Of a stretch of 64,000 bases of DNA, positions 1-11,072 are shown piece after piece. Made by a program: the position numbers and the translations under genes. Every line of letters starts with the position of its first letter. Within the stretch, counting starts at the first letter, position 1. Source of the stretch: Spirochaetota bacterium (GTDB taxonomy: Bacteria; Spirochaetota; UBA4802; JAFGDQ01); NCBI GenBank assembly GCA_043803405.1, contig JAZDKB010000020.1, positions 44,064 to 108,063 on the forward strand, in the 5' to 3' direction. The notes under the pieces were generated by a model. The model worked only from the letters and a program-made list of their open reading frames with translations. It made no database searches and was not told the DNA's origin.

Positions 1-651
1 ATTTAAATATTGATTTGAGGAATATGGGATCAGAGGATTTATCAATTTTTGGGTACAATTTGCTATTCTCTTTAACAACATAAATTTAATTTTCGTCAAC
101 AAAGGGCTATTCAAATAATACGAATAGTATTTATATCTTGGTAAATCATTTAAGCATTTAACACATTCTTCTCCATTATTATAATCAATACACCTTTCTT
201 TTCCTAAATACATTAAATCACGTTGTGAACAAATATCATAGTAATTATGCATGGTCTTAATTACTGGTATTTTTCTTTTTACGATTAAATCTATTATCGA
301 TACGGAATGTAGTTGCAGTTCATGAATATGAACAATATCCGGTTTTTCCTGGTCTAAAATATCCTCTGTAAATTTATTTATGCTTTTATAACTAGATTCG
401 TGTTCAGGATTATTCAGATAACCAAAACGATGAGGAGTATTATAAAGCTCAATAAATTTTATTTTATCCTTATACCATGTTTTAATAAAAGGATCGAGTG
501 TAGGCTTATAAGTATATTGTGGTGCAGCATAAAAACAAACTGTTTCCCATCCTTCAGCATTTACAGCTCGAATTAATGCATCCTGATAGAGTACAGCTCC
601 CCCGATACAATAGGGCTCAATACCAAAACCAATATATAGAATTTTCGGCAC
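1..651 (-). CDS. Glycosyltransferase family 4 (N-terminal part; runs off window edge)
   Basis: Hand translation from GTG at 651: MPKILYIGFGIEPYCIGGAVLYQ...EKPDIVHIHELQ...IPVIKTMHNYYDICSQRDLM, typical GT4 N-terminal domain; absent from ORF track because no stop lies in the window. Confidence 0.8.
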   Translation of the reverse strand, partial: MPKILYIGFGIEPYCIGGAVLYQDALIRAVNAEGWETVCFYAAPQYTYKPTLDPFIKTWYKDKIKFIELYNTPHRFGYLNNPEHESSYKSINKFTEDILDQEKPDIVHIHELQLHSVSIIDLIVKRKIPVIKTMHNYYDICSQRDLMYLGKERCIDYNNGEECVKCLNDLPRYKYYSYYLNSPLLTKIKFMLLKRIANCTQKLINPLIPYSSNQYLN

Positions 652-688
652 TTTTATTTCCAATTGAATATTATATTTTCACTTTTAA

Positions 689-3274
689 CTATGATTTATT
701 ATATTTTTTAATTTTATATATTATCTTTTTAATAATTAAATTAACTCTCATACCAATAAAAGGGAAGGGCCAATTCTGAAAACTCCAAACTGTAGCCCAA
801 GAATTAGAGCATCCATCACATTTTTCTACTTGTTTCCTGGCAATTTTTGCCTCTTCGCTTTTCCATACCTCTTCTACTGAATTCGTTTTTATATTTCCAA
901 TATTTATATGACTAAAACCCAGGCATGGTGTAACACCGCCATCAGGTTTTAAAACAAAAAAAGAATTCAAAGCAGTACAATTATATTTTAGTTTATGCTT
1001 TACTGCTGCCAGCAATATCTCGTTATGGAAACTTGGCTTTAATGCCTTCAAACCTTTAATTAGATCTTGATTATCCTCTTTTTTATAATCCTTTGCTTTG
1101 CTTTTATCATCAATATTATTATAATAACTGAATTGTTCATAAAGTTGAGTAACGAATGATATACATAATTTTTCAGAATAATTCTCTACATCCTGTAAAG
1201 TATCCACCGTTAAATTTGAAAGTGTATGGCCGATTAGCATATTCCCCATTCTTTCTTTATACAACTCCTTTAACTTAACCAGTTCTTTTAATAAATAATC
1301 CACCTTTTCGAAATTATTTTTAATTCCTCTACTCAAATTATGATCCTCGCCGATTCCATCTAATGATACACCATAATCAATTAAAATATTATTTTCTATA
1401 CAAAATCGGGCAACTTCTAGAACTTTATCAGCTAAAATAGCATTTGTACTTAGCGTTATACTTGTATTAGGTCTGGCATTATGAATCGCAAGTATTAATT
1501 CTTTAATATCTTTTCTTAGAACTGCCTCACCACCAGTAAGTAAAATAACTTTAAGACTTGAAAAAATATCTTGTTTAAGAATTTTCTCTAATTCAGCTGG
1601 TGTTAGCATATTCTTTGAAGGAGAATTTTTCCACATATTACAATGTTTACATCGTGAATTACATGCATCAGTAACTTCATAAACAATATTTTCAATATTT
1701 AATAATTCATCTCTTTTTTTCATTCTACTGTATCTGATACTTTGTTTTATTAAACCAAATGATTCAATAAATACTTTTAAACAGTAAGATAAAATCGAAT
1801 TTATAAACTTAAATAGCATTTTTAATGACCTCACAATTATTTTTGTTATAGGGAGAAATCTAAATATAATGTATCTAATTTTCTTATAAATATTTAAATT
1901 CACATACCAATTTGCAAAATTATATAATATAAATAATGTTCTACTACTTAATAAAGGAGTACTAATTAACGGCTCCTTTGTTGAGAATAGATCATCCCTT
2001 TCCTCTCTTAAGAATCCTTTCATCTTAGCTTCTTCATAAAGAGGCGTTCCGTAATATGGAGTTGCCATATGAAATCCAGCTGTATTCATTCCTGCTCTCT
2101 TTAATTTTTTTGCAAAAATAATTGTTTTTAATACATTCCATTTTGTTTCTCCAATAGACCCTAACACAAAAGATCCATCTACAATAATATTATATTTTTT
2201 AAACATTTTAACTGCTTCGTTTACTTTTTTTAAATCCTGTTTTTTCCCAATAATATTATCAACTACATTTTGATCTCCGGATTCCGGAGCTACAAAAACC
2301 CTTACACAACCAGACTTTTTCATTTTAGATACTAATTCCTCATCAAGTGTATCAGCTCTAATCCCATTAGGGGTACTCCAAGTAAATTCCAGTTTATTAT
2401 TGACAATTAAATCAAATATTCGTTTTGCCCTAGCTTTATTTAACGTTAAATTATCATCTTCAAAATTAATATGACCAGTATTATAATCTGCTAAAACTTG
2501 CTTTATTTCTTTTATTACATTTTCTGGTGTTCTGGTTCTAAATTTTTTCCCCATTGATAAATTGATACTGCAAAAATTACAATTGAATGGACACCCACGA
2601 GAGGTTATGATAGTAACCCAACTATTATCATATGTATACAAAGTTCTCGCCCCACCACCAGAACTCATTGCAATAAAGTATTCTTTCATAGGAACTAAAT
2701 GCCTTGCAGGGAAAGGTATCGAATCTAAATCATCGATAAACGGTCTTAATGGATTTATTAGCAATTTCCCTTTCTTTTTAAAACCAATCCCAAGAATTTC
2801 AGGAAAAATATTTGTTTTATTATCAGCTAAAGCTTTAACTAATTCCAGAATTGTTTCTTCACCTTCACCCATAACAACAAAATCAACATTATCATCAGAC
2901 AGAACCTGTAATGGGTGAACGGTAGGATGCGGTCCCCCTACAATTGTAATTATATTTTTATTTATTTTTTTTACTTGTTCACATACTAAATGAGCACTAG
3001 TAGCATTAATTGAAAAAGGTACAGAAATACCTACAATATCAGGTTTCAATCTCTCAATTCTATTTCTAATTTCATCAAATGATAACCCCAAATGATATTT
3101 ACCATTTACAATTTTTAAATTTCTCCATCCCTCTAAAGCCGCATCAAGAACTGAAACTTTATATTTCCTCTCCAAGGACGCAGCTATATATAAAAGACCT
3201 AGCGGTTGGAAAATATACGGTCTTTCATAACTTATACTTACTAATTGAGGCGGATTTATTAAACATATCTTCAT
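689..3274 (-). CDS. Fusion: B12-binding radical SAM + second radical SAM/SPASM-twitch domain
   Basis: B12-binding motifs (PLGLLYIAA, GGPHPT, GEGE), SRGCPFNCNFC, then a second CxxxCxxC (CNSRCKHC), LTGGE and C-terminal C...PC...GNI...CxxC. Confidence 0.85.
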   Translation of the reverse strand: MKICLINPPQLVSISYERPYIFQPLGLLYIAASLERKYKVSVLDAALEGWRNLKIVNGKYHLGLSFDEIRNRIERLKPDIVGISVPFSINATSAHLVCEQVKKINKNIITIVGGPHPTVHPLQVLSDDNVDFVVMGEGEETILELVKALADNKTNIFPEILGIGFKKKGKLLINPLRPFIDDLDSIPFPARHLVPMKEYFIAMSSGGGARTLYTYDNSWVTIITSRGCPFNCNFCSINLSMGKKFRTRTPENVIKEIKQVLADYNTGHINFEDDNLTLNKARAKRIFDLIVNNKLEFTWSTPNGIRADTLDEELVSKMKKSGCVRVFVAPESGDQNVVDNIIGKKQDLKKVNEAVKMFKKYNIIVDGSFVLGSIGETKWNVLKTIIFAKKLKRAGMNTAGFHMATPYYGTPLYEEAKMKGFLREERDDLFSTKEPLISTPLLSSRTLFILYNFANWYVNLNIYKKIRYIIFRFLPITKIIVRSLKMLFKFINSILSYCLKVFIESFGLIKQSIRYSRMKKRDELLNIENIVYEVTDACNSRCKHCNMWKNSPSKNMLTPAELEKILKQDIFSSLKVILLTGGEAVLRKDIKELILAIHNARPNTSITLSTNAILADKVLEVARFCIENNILIDYGVSLDGIGEDHNLSRGIKNNFEKVDYLLKELVKLKELYKERMGNMLIGHTLSNLTVDTLQDVENYSEKLCISFVTQLYEQFSYYNNIDDKSKAKDYKKEDNQDLIKGLKALKPSFHNEILLAAVKHKLKYNCTALNSFFVLKPDGGVTPCLGFSHINIGNIKTNSVEEVWKSEEAKIARKQVEKCDGCSNSWATVWSFQNWPFPFIGMRVNLIIKKIIYKIKKYNKS

Positions 3275-3308
3275 AACTATTTCTCTTTTTAAATTAAATG
3301 CGTTTGTA

Positions 3309-4886
3309 TTAACTCTTACAAAAACACCTTAATAAATTAAACAAAAATTTTGCTCTACCTTCTAATAAAAGTTTTAACTCATCAACAAATAAAGGTTTTG
3401 TAAAAAATAAAATAGCTATATAAAAACTAAAAAATATCACAGCTTGAATGATGATAGTTACTAAATTCGATATTCTGTCTATAGGATGTATGACATGTTT
3501 AATTGCAACTGTAACAGCTACAATACATAATCCACAAAAAGTACAAATAATAAATGAATTTAAAAAGTTTGTTTTTAAAAATCTAAAAATCGGCAACTTA
3601 ATATCTCGATGAAAAGCAATTATTCCATAAATAACAGAGACAAATAAAGCAATTGAAGTACCAATTGCGACTCCACTAAAACCAAACAATTTAACAAAAA
3701 TAATACTCAAGGGTATATTTAAAATCATCGCGATTATGCCAGACCACATTTCAATATGAGTTTTCCCCGTTGCTTGAATGGCAATAGACCTCATCCCGGA
3801 TAAAACAGCAAAGAGATAACCTATCCCTAAAATAATTATAACAATTATAGACCTTTCATAACCTTTACCCATCCAAATTGCCATAATCTGAGGCGACGTG
3901 ACAATAATGAAAGTAAAAATAGGTGTAATAATAAGTGCTAAATATTTTGTTCCTAAAGTATATCCTTGAATAAATTTATTTCTTTCTCCTTTTGCTTCCA
4001 ATTCAACCAAAGCCGGCATGATTGGCGTAAAAATTAAAACTGCAAACGATTTAATCTTATCAATTATAGAACTTCCGAGCTGATAATATGTAACCATTCC
4101 AATAGATAAAAAATTAGTTATAATAACTTTATCAATATTCAAAGATACTTGTGATGATATGTTAGCTATTTGTAATTTATATCCGTAATTCCAAATTTGT
4201 GCGGCTGTCTTTTTATTGAACATCAAAAGATTAATCTTTAATTCTGGAAAAATTTTAAAAGCTATGAATATATTTATTAATGAATTTAATAAGAATAAAA
4301 TAATACTATTATATATTAAACCATTTATGCTAAAATCATTTTCCAAAAAAATTACTGCACCTATAGCCATTGGAATTGATAAAATTATAGTAATTTTATT
4401 AGTAATATCTAAGCGTTGCAAACCGCCTTGTATTGAAACAATAGGGCTAATAATATTTGATGCGCAAAACAGAATAATACTCAAAACATAAACATATTTT
4501 GTAATTTCTAAATATTGTACTGGAATATTGATAAATTTAAGTATTTGGTCAATAAAAAATACCGAAAATAATAAAACTAATATTGAGATAATAAGATAAA
4601 GTCCTATTCCTGTATTAATAACCTCATTTATTTTGGCGTAATTCTTCTTAGTATAAAATTCCGATATATATTTAACAAATGAACTTCCTATACCGAAATC
4701 CAATAGAGTAAAAAACCCAGTTATTACACTAATAATTGCCCATATACCAAATAATTCATTACCTAACTTACTTATAATATATGGAGTTAAAAGCAGACCG
4801 ACTATCATTGTCCAAAATCGGCCTATTATATTAAATTTAGTATTTCTAATAATTTTTTGTGATATTGATTGTTCTTTAGTCTTCAA
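3309..4886 (-). CDS. wzx: Oligosaccharide flippase (Wzx/MOP family)
   Basis: Many TM segments; RNT..N, LG..FGIW, LDFGIG, DK..I...L motifs; polysaccharide locus context. Confidence 0.85.
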   Translation of the reverse strand: MKTKEQSISQKIIRNTKFNIIGRFWTMIVGLLLTPYIISKLGNELFGIWAIISVITGFFTLLDFGIGSSFVKYISEFYTKKNYAKINEVINTGIGLYLIISILVLLFSVFFIDQILKFINIPVQYLEITKYVYVLSIILFCASNIISPIVSIQGGLQRLDITNKITIILSIPMAIGAVIFLENDFSINGLIYNSIILFLLNSLINIFIAFKIFPELKINLLMFNKKTAAQIWNYGYKLQIANISSQVSLNIDKVIITNFLSIGMVTYYQLGSSIIDKIKSFAVLIFTPIMPALVELEAKGERNKFIQGYTLGTKYLALIITPIFTFIIVTSPQIMAIWMGKGYERSIIVIIILGIGYLFAVLSGMRSIAIQATGKTHIEMWSGIIAMILNIPLSIIFVKLFGFSGVAIGTSIALFVSVIYGIIAFHRDIKLPIFRFLKTNFLNSFIICTFCGLCIVAVTVAIKHVIHPIDRISNLVTIIIQAVIFFSFYIAILFFTKPLFVDELKLLLEGRAKFLFNLLRCFCKS

Positions 4887-5020
4887 TTTTTTTTAGATGC
4901 TTTTATATTACTTCTAATATTTTTATTACAATTCATTATTTTTATTTATTGATTAATTGCTTTTTTATAAAAGCATCAAATATTTACAATTATAAGGAAT
5001 AAGAAATACCGACATTTCCT

Positions 5021-5200
5021 TAGTGTGCGTCCAAAAACCTGTTTATAAAAGGACGCTATCCTAAATCATAAAATTCCTATAAATATTTATTATTTTTTGA
5101 TTTTTTCTGTAAATTTGAAACAGTCAACTTGAATAATTATTATAAAAAAGATTAGCTCAAGTTGAAGTTGCCGAAGTATTCCGAGTTAGCCTTTATAAAT
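5021..5200. mobile_element. Possible degraded IS remnant
   Basis: TAGTGTGCGTCCAAAAAC resembles an IS end; + strand fragment LAQVEVAEVFRVS resembles a transposase HTH; lies at the orientation switch of the rfb cassette. Confidence 0.2.
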
Positions 5201-5526
5201 TCAACGATTATTCACTTTGTAGTATACTTCTATGAATTACAAGAAAAAATTAAACTCATTAAAAGATTGTAGATTACTCAATTCCATTGTTGGAAAGCAA
5301 ATAATAAAATGATTTATTACATAGAAATACTTCTTGACCAATTACCAATTTTATAACTTAAAAATCAATACTAGAATAGTTATGCAAGTATAATTTCCTT
5401 GTTTTCACATAATTTATCTTTATTATAATGTGTAAATCATGACTTATCCTAAAGTTATAAAAATAAATTTTTTCTAATAAAAAGACACAGAACTTAATTA
5501 AGTAATCATTTCCAAGGAGACAATTC

Positions 5527-6315
5527 ATGAAAGTAGTCATATTGGCAGGAGGTTTTGGAACACGTTTAAGTGAAGAAACGGAGATAAAACCGAAACCAAT
5601 GATTGAAATCGGAGGAAAGCCAATATTATGGCATATAATGAAAATCTATTCTCATTTTGGATTTAATGATTTTATTATATGTCTTGGATATAAAGGTTAT
5701 TATATTAAAGAGTATTTTGCGCATTATTTTTTACATCAGTCGGATGTTACATTCGATTTCACCAATAATGATCAATACACAATCCACAAACATGAAGCAG
5801 AGCCCTGGAAAGTAACTTTGATTGATACAGGATCGAATACTATGACAGGCGGTAGAGTAAAACGAATTCAAAAGTATACAGAAGAAAAACCATTTTTACT
5901 AACCTATGGCGATGGTGTAGCAGATGTTAATATTAGTAAACTGGTTGACTATCATAAAAAGCATGGGAAACTGGCTACAGTTACATCTGTTCAGCCTTCA
6001 GGTCGTTTTGGCGCATTAAACCTAGATTTCGAATTACATGTTACATCATTTTTGGAAAAACCTCAGGGAGATAATACCTGGATCAATGGTGGATTTTTTG
6101 TTTTAGAACCAGAAATATTTAATTATATTGAAGACGATAGCACTGTATGGGAAAAAGCACCTTTGGAAAATCTAGCTCACGGAAAACAGCTTGTTGCATA
6201 TAAACATACCGGCTTCTGGCAGCCGATGGATACTCTCAGAGATAAAAGAGAGCTTGAAGCACTCTGGGAGAATAATAAGGCGCCATGGAATATGTGGAAT
6301 AATTTAAAGAAATGA
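5527..6315 (+). CDS. rfbF: Glucose-1-phosphate cytidylyltransferase
   Basis: MKVVILAGGFGTRLSEET..KPKPM, TMTGGR, LTYGDG, WINGGFF, FWQPMDTLRDK; RBS AAGGAG. Confidence 0.95.
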   Translation: MKVVILAGGFGTRLSEETEIKPKPMIEIGGKPILWHIMKIYSHFGFNDFIICLGYKGYYIKEYFAHYFLHQSDVTFDFTNNDQYTIHKHEAEPWKVTLIDTGSNTMTGGRVKRIQKYTEEKPFLLTYGDGVADVNISKLVDYHKKHGKLATVTSVQPSGRFGALNLDFELHVTSFLEKPQGDNTWINGGFFVLEPEIFNYIEDDSTVWEKAPLENLAHGKQLVAYKHTGFWQPMDTLRDKRELEALWENNKAPWNMWNNLKK

Positions 6316-7418
6316 TTATGGAAACTCTTTTCAATAATATTTATAAAAATAAAAAAGTCATTGTGACCGGTCATACCGGTTTTAAAGGCTCATGGTTAGC
6401 ATTATGGCTTAATCAACTTGGAGCCGATGTATGCGGATATTCACTAGAAGCCCCAACTCAACCTAATCATTTTTCCTTATTATCGACAGAGGTCCAAAGC
6501 ATATTTGATGATATTAGAAATAAAGAAGCTATTGGAAAAGCTATAAATGCCTTCAAACCAGATATCATATTTCATTTGGCAGCTCAATCTCTGGTAAGGC
6601 CTTCGTATCAAAATCCTGTTGAGACATTTGAAACAAATGTAATTGGCACGCTCAATGTCTTTGAAGCCTGTAGGAAGCTAAATTCAGTAAAGGCAATAGT
6701 TAACATTACAAGCGATAAATGTTATGAAAATCAAGAATGGCTATGGGGTTACAGAGAAAATGATCCAATGGGCGGTTTTGATCCATACAGTGCATCAAAA
6801 GGTTGTTCAGAAATTGCAACAAGTTCATTCCGCAATTCATTCTTTAATATAGATAGATATGGCTTCTCACATAATACTCTTCTTGCCAGTGCAAGAGCTG
6901 GAAATGTTATTGGCGGCGGGGATTGGGCAGTCGATAGATTGATCCCTGATATAATGAGGGCAACCGATAAAAGTATTGAAGTACTTATAAGAAGTCCGCA
7001 TGCGATAAGACCATGGCAGCATGTATTGGAGCCTTTAAGCGGTTATCTTCTACTAGGGCAAAAATTGCTGCAAGAAAAAAAAGAATACGCAGATGCGTGG
7101 AACTTTGGTCCAAATCATGGTGGGGCCATAGAAGTAATTGAAGTTTTAAATACAATTAAAAAATATTGGGACAAAATTAATTATACCGTTCAAGAAGATA
7201 TTAATAATCCTCATGAAGCAGCTTTATTAAGACTCGATTGTTCAAAAGCGCATTTGTTATTAAACTGGAATCCCGTATGGGATATAAATTCCACGATTGA
7301 AAAGACTGCTTGTTGGTACAAATCATTTTATGAACAAAAAGAACTTCTCAGCAAAAAAGATTTGAATAATTACATTAAAGATGCAAAGAAAAAAAATATT
7401 GTTTGGACAAATAAATAA
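6312..7418 (+). CDS. rfbG: CDP-glucose 4,6-dehydratase
   Basis: TGHTGFKGSWL, HLAAQSLV, TSDKCYEN, DPYSASK, RAGNVIGGGDW, RPWQHVLEPL. Confidence 0.95.
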   Translation: MIMETLFNNIYKNKKVIVTGHTGFKGSWLALWLNQLGADVCGYSLEAPTQPNHFSLLSTEVQSIFDDIRNKEAIGKAINAFKPDIIFHLAAQSLVRPSYQNPVETFETNVIGTLNVFEACRKLNSVKAIVNITSDKCYENQEWLWGYRENDPMGGFDPYSASKGCSEIATSSFRNSFFNIDRYGFSHNTLLASARAGNVIGGGDWAVDRLIPDIMRATDKSIEVLIRSPHAIRPWQHVLEPLSGYLLLGQKLLQEKKEYADAWNFGPNHGGAIEVIEVLNTIKKYWDKINYTVQEDINNPHEAALLRLDCSKAHLLLNWNPVWDINSTIEKTACWYKSFYEQKELLSKKDLNNYIKDAKKKNIVWTNK

Positions 7419-7970
7419 GTGAAATTTAATAAAACGAAATTAGAAAATTTATTTGTAATTGAGTTAACACCATTTAAAGATGAAAGAGGTATGTTTTCCA
7501 GGTTGTTTTGTAAAAAAGAGCTTGAAAGCTTAAACTTAACAAAAGAGATAGTTCAAATTAATCAATCTTTGACAAAAAAAATTGGCGCCATAAGAGGACT
7601 TCATTTTCAATATCCCCCTAAATCGGAAATAAAAATTATTAAATGTATCAGAGGGGAAGTTTTCGATGTGGCGATAGATATTAGAAAAAATTCTCCAACT
7701 TTTCTACAATGGCACGGAGAAATATTATCTGAAGACAATATGAAATCATATTTTCTTCCCGAAGGATTTGCACATGGTTTTCAGGTTTTAAAAGAAAATA
7801 GTGAATTATTATATCTTCATACTGAATTTTATGATCCAAAATATGAAGGCGGACTTAATTATAATGATCCTGTTTTAAATATTAACTGGCCGCTAACTGT
7901 TTCAGAAGTATCAAAAAAAGATGAGAGTTTCCCATTAATTGATAATAACTTTACAGGAGTACAACCTTGA
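7419..7970 (+). CDS. rfbC: NDP-4-keto-6-deoxyhexose 3,5-epimerase (RmlC/RfbC family)
   Basis: DERG.F, RGLHFQ, DVAIDIR..SPTF..W, PEGFAHGFQ. Confidence 0.9.
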   Translation: MKFNKTKLENLFVIELTPFKDERGMFSRLFCKKELESLNLTKEIVQINQSLTKKIGAIRGLHFQYPPKSEIKIIKCIRGEVFDVAIDIRKNSPTFLQWHGEILSEDNMKSYFLPEGFAHGFQVLKENSELLYLHTEFYDPKYEGGLNYNDPVLNINWPLTVSEVSKKDESFPLIDNNFTGVQP

Positions 7971-9190
7971 ATTGTAGATTTTGCAATAATAAATTAACTT
8001 TTGGATTTATTGATTTAGTTAACTCCCCACCTTCTAACTCTTTTATTTCAAAAGAACAACTCAATGAACCAGAAGTTTTTTATCCCTTGAAATTATATGT
8101 TTGTGAAAAATGTTTTCTTGTACAAATAGATGAATATAAAAAATCTAGCGATATTTTCAATGGTGATTATGCATATTTTTCTTCATTCTCGAAAAGCTGG
8201 ATGGAGCATGCAAAAAATTATGTCAATATGGTTGTAGATAAATATAAAATAAATAAAAATTCATATATTGTTGAAGTTGCATCAAATGATGGATATTTAC
8301 TGCAGTATTTTGTAGAAAAAAATATTCCATGTACCGGTATTGAACCTACATCAAATACTGCAGCAGCTGCTAGAGAAAAAGGGATTCATGTTATTGAAGA
8401 CTATTTCGGAGTTGCTCTTGCAAAAAAATTATCAAATGAAAAGAAAAAAGCAGACCTAATAATTGGCAATAATGTATTGGCACATGTTCCAGATATCAAT
8501 GATTTTGTTGAAGGGCTAAAAATATTGCTCAAAGATGACGGTTTCATCAATATGGAATTCCCACATCTTATGCAATTGATTGAGAAAAATCAGTTTGACA
8601 CTATTTATCACGAGCATTTTTCTTACTTATCTTTTATTGCAGTTAAAGCTATCTTCGAATTACATGGCCTTCAAATGTTTGATGTCGAAGAAATTTCAAC
8701 ACACGGTGGTTCTTTAAGAATTTATGCAAAACATAAAAATGATTTGAGAGATATTTCAAAGAATGTTTCTAAACTAATCGAGAAAGAAAAATCTATGAAA
8801 ATGGATACCACGCAGTATTATCAAAATTTTCAGAAAAAAGCTGATAATGTAAAATATAATTTATTGAATTTTCTTATCCAGCAAAAATTAAATGGAAAAA
8901 AAGTTGCAGCTTATGGTGCCGCAGCAAAGGGGAATACATTATTAAACTATTGCGGAGTTAAAACCGATTTGATTGATTTCGTAGTAGACTTATCTCCACA
9001 TAAGCAGGGCAAATACCTTCCTGGCAGTCATATTCCTATAGAAAATGAAGCCAAGCTTAACGAAAAAAAACCAGATTATATTTTAATTCTTCCTTGGAAT
9101 ATAAAAGACGAAATAATTCAACAATTAGAATATGCGAAAGAGTGGGGAGGAAAATTTGTTATCCCAATCCCTGAATTAGTAATTATATGA
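7967..9190 (+). CDS. NDP-sugar C-methyltransferase (Zn-binding N-terminus)
   Basis: CRFC...CEKC Zn motif, EVASNDG, NNVLAHVPD, FDTIYHEH, THGGSLR, YGAAAKG. Confidence 0.88.
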   Translation: MNCRFCNNKLTFGFIDLVNSPPSNSFISKEQLNEPEVFYPLKLYVCEKCFLVQIDEYKKSSDIFNGDYAYFSSFSKSWMEHAKNYVNMVVDKYKINKNSYIVEVASNDGYLLQYFVEKNIPCTGIEPTSNTAAAAREKGIHVIEDYFGVALAKKLSNEKKKADLIIGNNVLAHVPDINDFVEGLKILLKDDGFINMEFPHLMQLIEKNQFDTIYHEHFSYLSFIAVKAIFELHGLQMFDVEEISTHGGSLRIYAKHKNDLRDISKNVSKLIEKEKSMKMDTTQYYQNFQKKADNVKYNLLNFLIQQKLNGKKVAAYGAAAKGNTLLNYCGVKTDLIDFVVDLSPHKQGKYLPGSHIPIENEAKLNEKKPDYILILPWNIKDEIIQQLEYAKEWGGKFVIPIPELVII

Positions 9191-10047
9191 AAATATTAGT
9201 TACTGGCGCAACTGGATTTATAGGTACTCATGTAATAAATGAATTATTAAAATCAAGAAATCATGATGTATTTGCTACTGCAATTGAGTCTTCAGACAAA
9301 GCAAAGATTTTTGATTGGTTTAAATCTGTTAAATATATTGAATGTGATTTAAACAACAGTAAGAAAAATTTCTTTTCATTTTTTGAGCATCCGGATTTAC
9401 TCATACATCTTTCGTGGCAAGGATTACCAAATTATAAAGAACTTTTTCATTTTGAAAAAAATTTATTTTCAAACTATTTCTTTATTAAAAACATTATTGA
9501 GAATGGTTTAAAAAATCTTTCCGTCATTGGGACTTGTTTTGAGTATGGCTTACAGGAAGGTTGCTTAAGTGAATCATTTGAAACTAAACCCATAAATTCT
9601 TATGGTCTAGCCAAAGATACTCTCAGAAAATTTATTCTAGAATTAAATAATAAGTTTCAATTTTCTTTCAAATGGATAAGACTTTTTTATTTATATGGAG
9701 AAGGTCAGAGTAAAAATTCAATTCTTGAACAATTAAAAACAGCTTTAGCTAATAATGAAGCAGTTTTTAATATGTCTGGTGGTGAGCAATTGAGAGACTA
9801 TCTCCCAATTGAAAAAGTTGCGGAATATATTGTTAAGATATCTTCTCAAAAAGATTTTACGGGAATTATTAATTGTTGCAGCGGAGAACCTATTTCAATT
9901 AGACGATTAGTAGAAAATTATTTAGAAGCAAACAATAAACAGATTAAATTAAATTTGGGTTATTATCCTTATCCTGATTATGAGCCAATGGCATTCTGGG
10001 GTGATGATAAAAAATTAAAACAAATAATTAGTTTATATAATTTATAA
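9187..10047 (+). CDS. NAD-dependent epimerase/4-reductase (extended SDR)
   Basis: TGATGFIG, YGLAK (YxxxK), GEQLRDY. Confidence 0.85.
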   Translation: MKILVTGATGFIGTHVINELLKSRNHDVFATAIESSDKAKIFDWFKSVKYIECDLNNSKKNFFSFFEHPDLLIHLSWQGLPNYKELFHFEKNLFSNYFFIKNIIENGLKNLSVIGTCFEYGLQEGCLSESFETKPINSYGLAKDTLRKFILELNNKFQFSFKWIRLFYLYGEGQSKNSILEQLKTALANNEAVFNMSGGEQLRDYLPIEKVAEYIVKISSQKDFTGIINCCSGEPISIRRLVENYLEANNKQIKLNLGYYPYPDYEPMAFWGDDKKLKQIISLYNL

Positions 10048-10138
10048 AATAATATTAGTTAATAGTGAAATACTATCAAAAAAAATATTTTCAAGTCATA
10101 AATAACTTACAATATAAATTCAATCTACAAAAGTTTCT

Positions 10139-10972
10139 TTAAAAGTAAATATTATAATTATTACCCCATGCATATCGAGCCAATTTTAAAGCAAAATTCT
10201 TGTCTGCATTTAAAAATAAATCCGTTTGATTATCCGCAATTAATAAATTATTCAGAGAGGCCTGTCTGAATGTTTCCGATAAAAACCATTCTTCCTTTTT
10301 ATACCCCTTACCATTTTTCCCAACAACTACAACCTCATACCCCATTTTCATAACCTGTTTTGTCAAACAATCTTTACCACTTTCAAATTTATATGCATTC
10401 TTTTTGGTTAATATCAAACCACAATGTATTTTATTTAGAATTTCACGAGAAATTAAAAAACCATTTGTACGTATATGATAATTTGGAAATGGATTATAAA
10501 AAAATTTGAGCCTTATAAGTTGAAAATAATGATTAATAAATAATTTATAATACCATTTTAAATTATGCCAGTTTACTAAATTAGTATAATAACTTTCATA
10601 TGATCCACTTGTACCTACCAGCCCTATTTCATGTTTAATAATATGATTATACATTTTAAACAGCCATTTATTATCTAAAATACGACTAAATGAATTTAGA
10701 AAACAAAAAAATCTGTAATTAAATGTTTTAGCAGCTTTGAAATATGGTCTAATATCAAAACCAAAATCTTTTACATACATCTCTTTATATGAAATACCCA
10801 ATAATAATTTTTTGTAATCAGATACTATTTTTTTATTTGAAAATCCTTTAAATATTATTAGTAAATCGTGCTCAATGCCGCTATCATAATGCAAATATGA
10901 CTCTAAAAATTTTTTAAATGTATCTATTCCATTCTTCTCTCTAACCAAATGGACAACACATATCGATTTCAT
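10139..10972 (-). CDS. Hypothetical protein, possibly glycosyltransferase-like
   Basis: Long ORF; start moved to ATG 10972 behind GAGGA; polysaccharide context, no diagnostic motif. Confidence 0.5.
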   Translation of the reverse strand: MKSICVVHLVREKNGIDTFKKFLESYLHYDSGIEHDLLIIFKGFSNKKIVSDYKKLLLGISYKEMYVKDFGFDIRPYFKAAKTFNYRFFCFLNSFSRILDNKWLFKMYNHIIKHEIGLVGTSGSYESYYTNLVNWHNLKWYYKLFINHYFQLIRLKFFYNPFPNYHIRTNGFLISREILNKIHCGLILTKKNAYKFESGKDCLTKQVMKMGYEVVVVGKNGKGYKKEEWFLSETFRQASLNNLLIADNQTDLFLNADKNFALKLARYAWGNNYNIYF

Positions 10973-11072
10973 ATTTTCCTCATAATATAAATAATACAAT
11001 ATTTTTTATAGAATTAGTTATTTTTTGCAGAATGAAACAAATATAAATCATGCTAAAATCTTGAAATTATAT

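Noticed and set aside
519..779. 86-aa + strand ORF
   Set aside because: Overlaps the GT4 and radical SAM genes on the opposite strand
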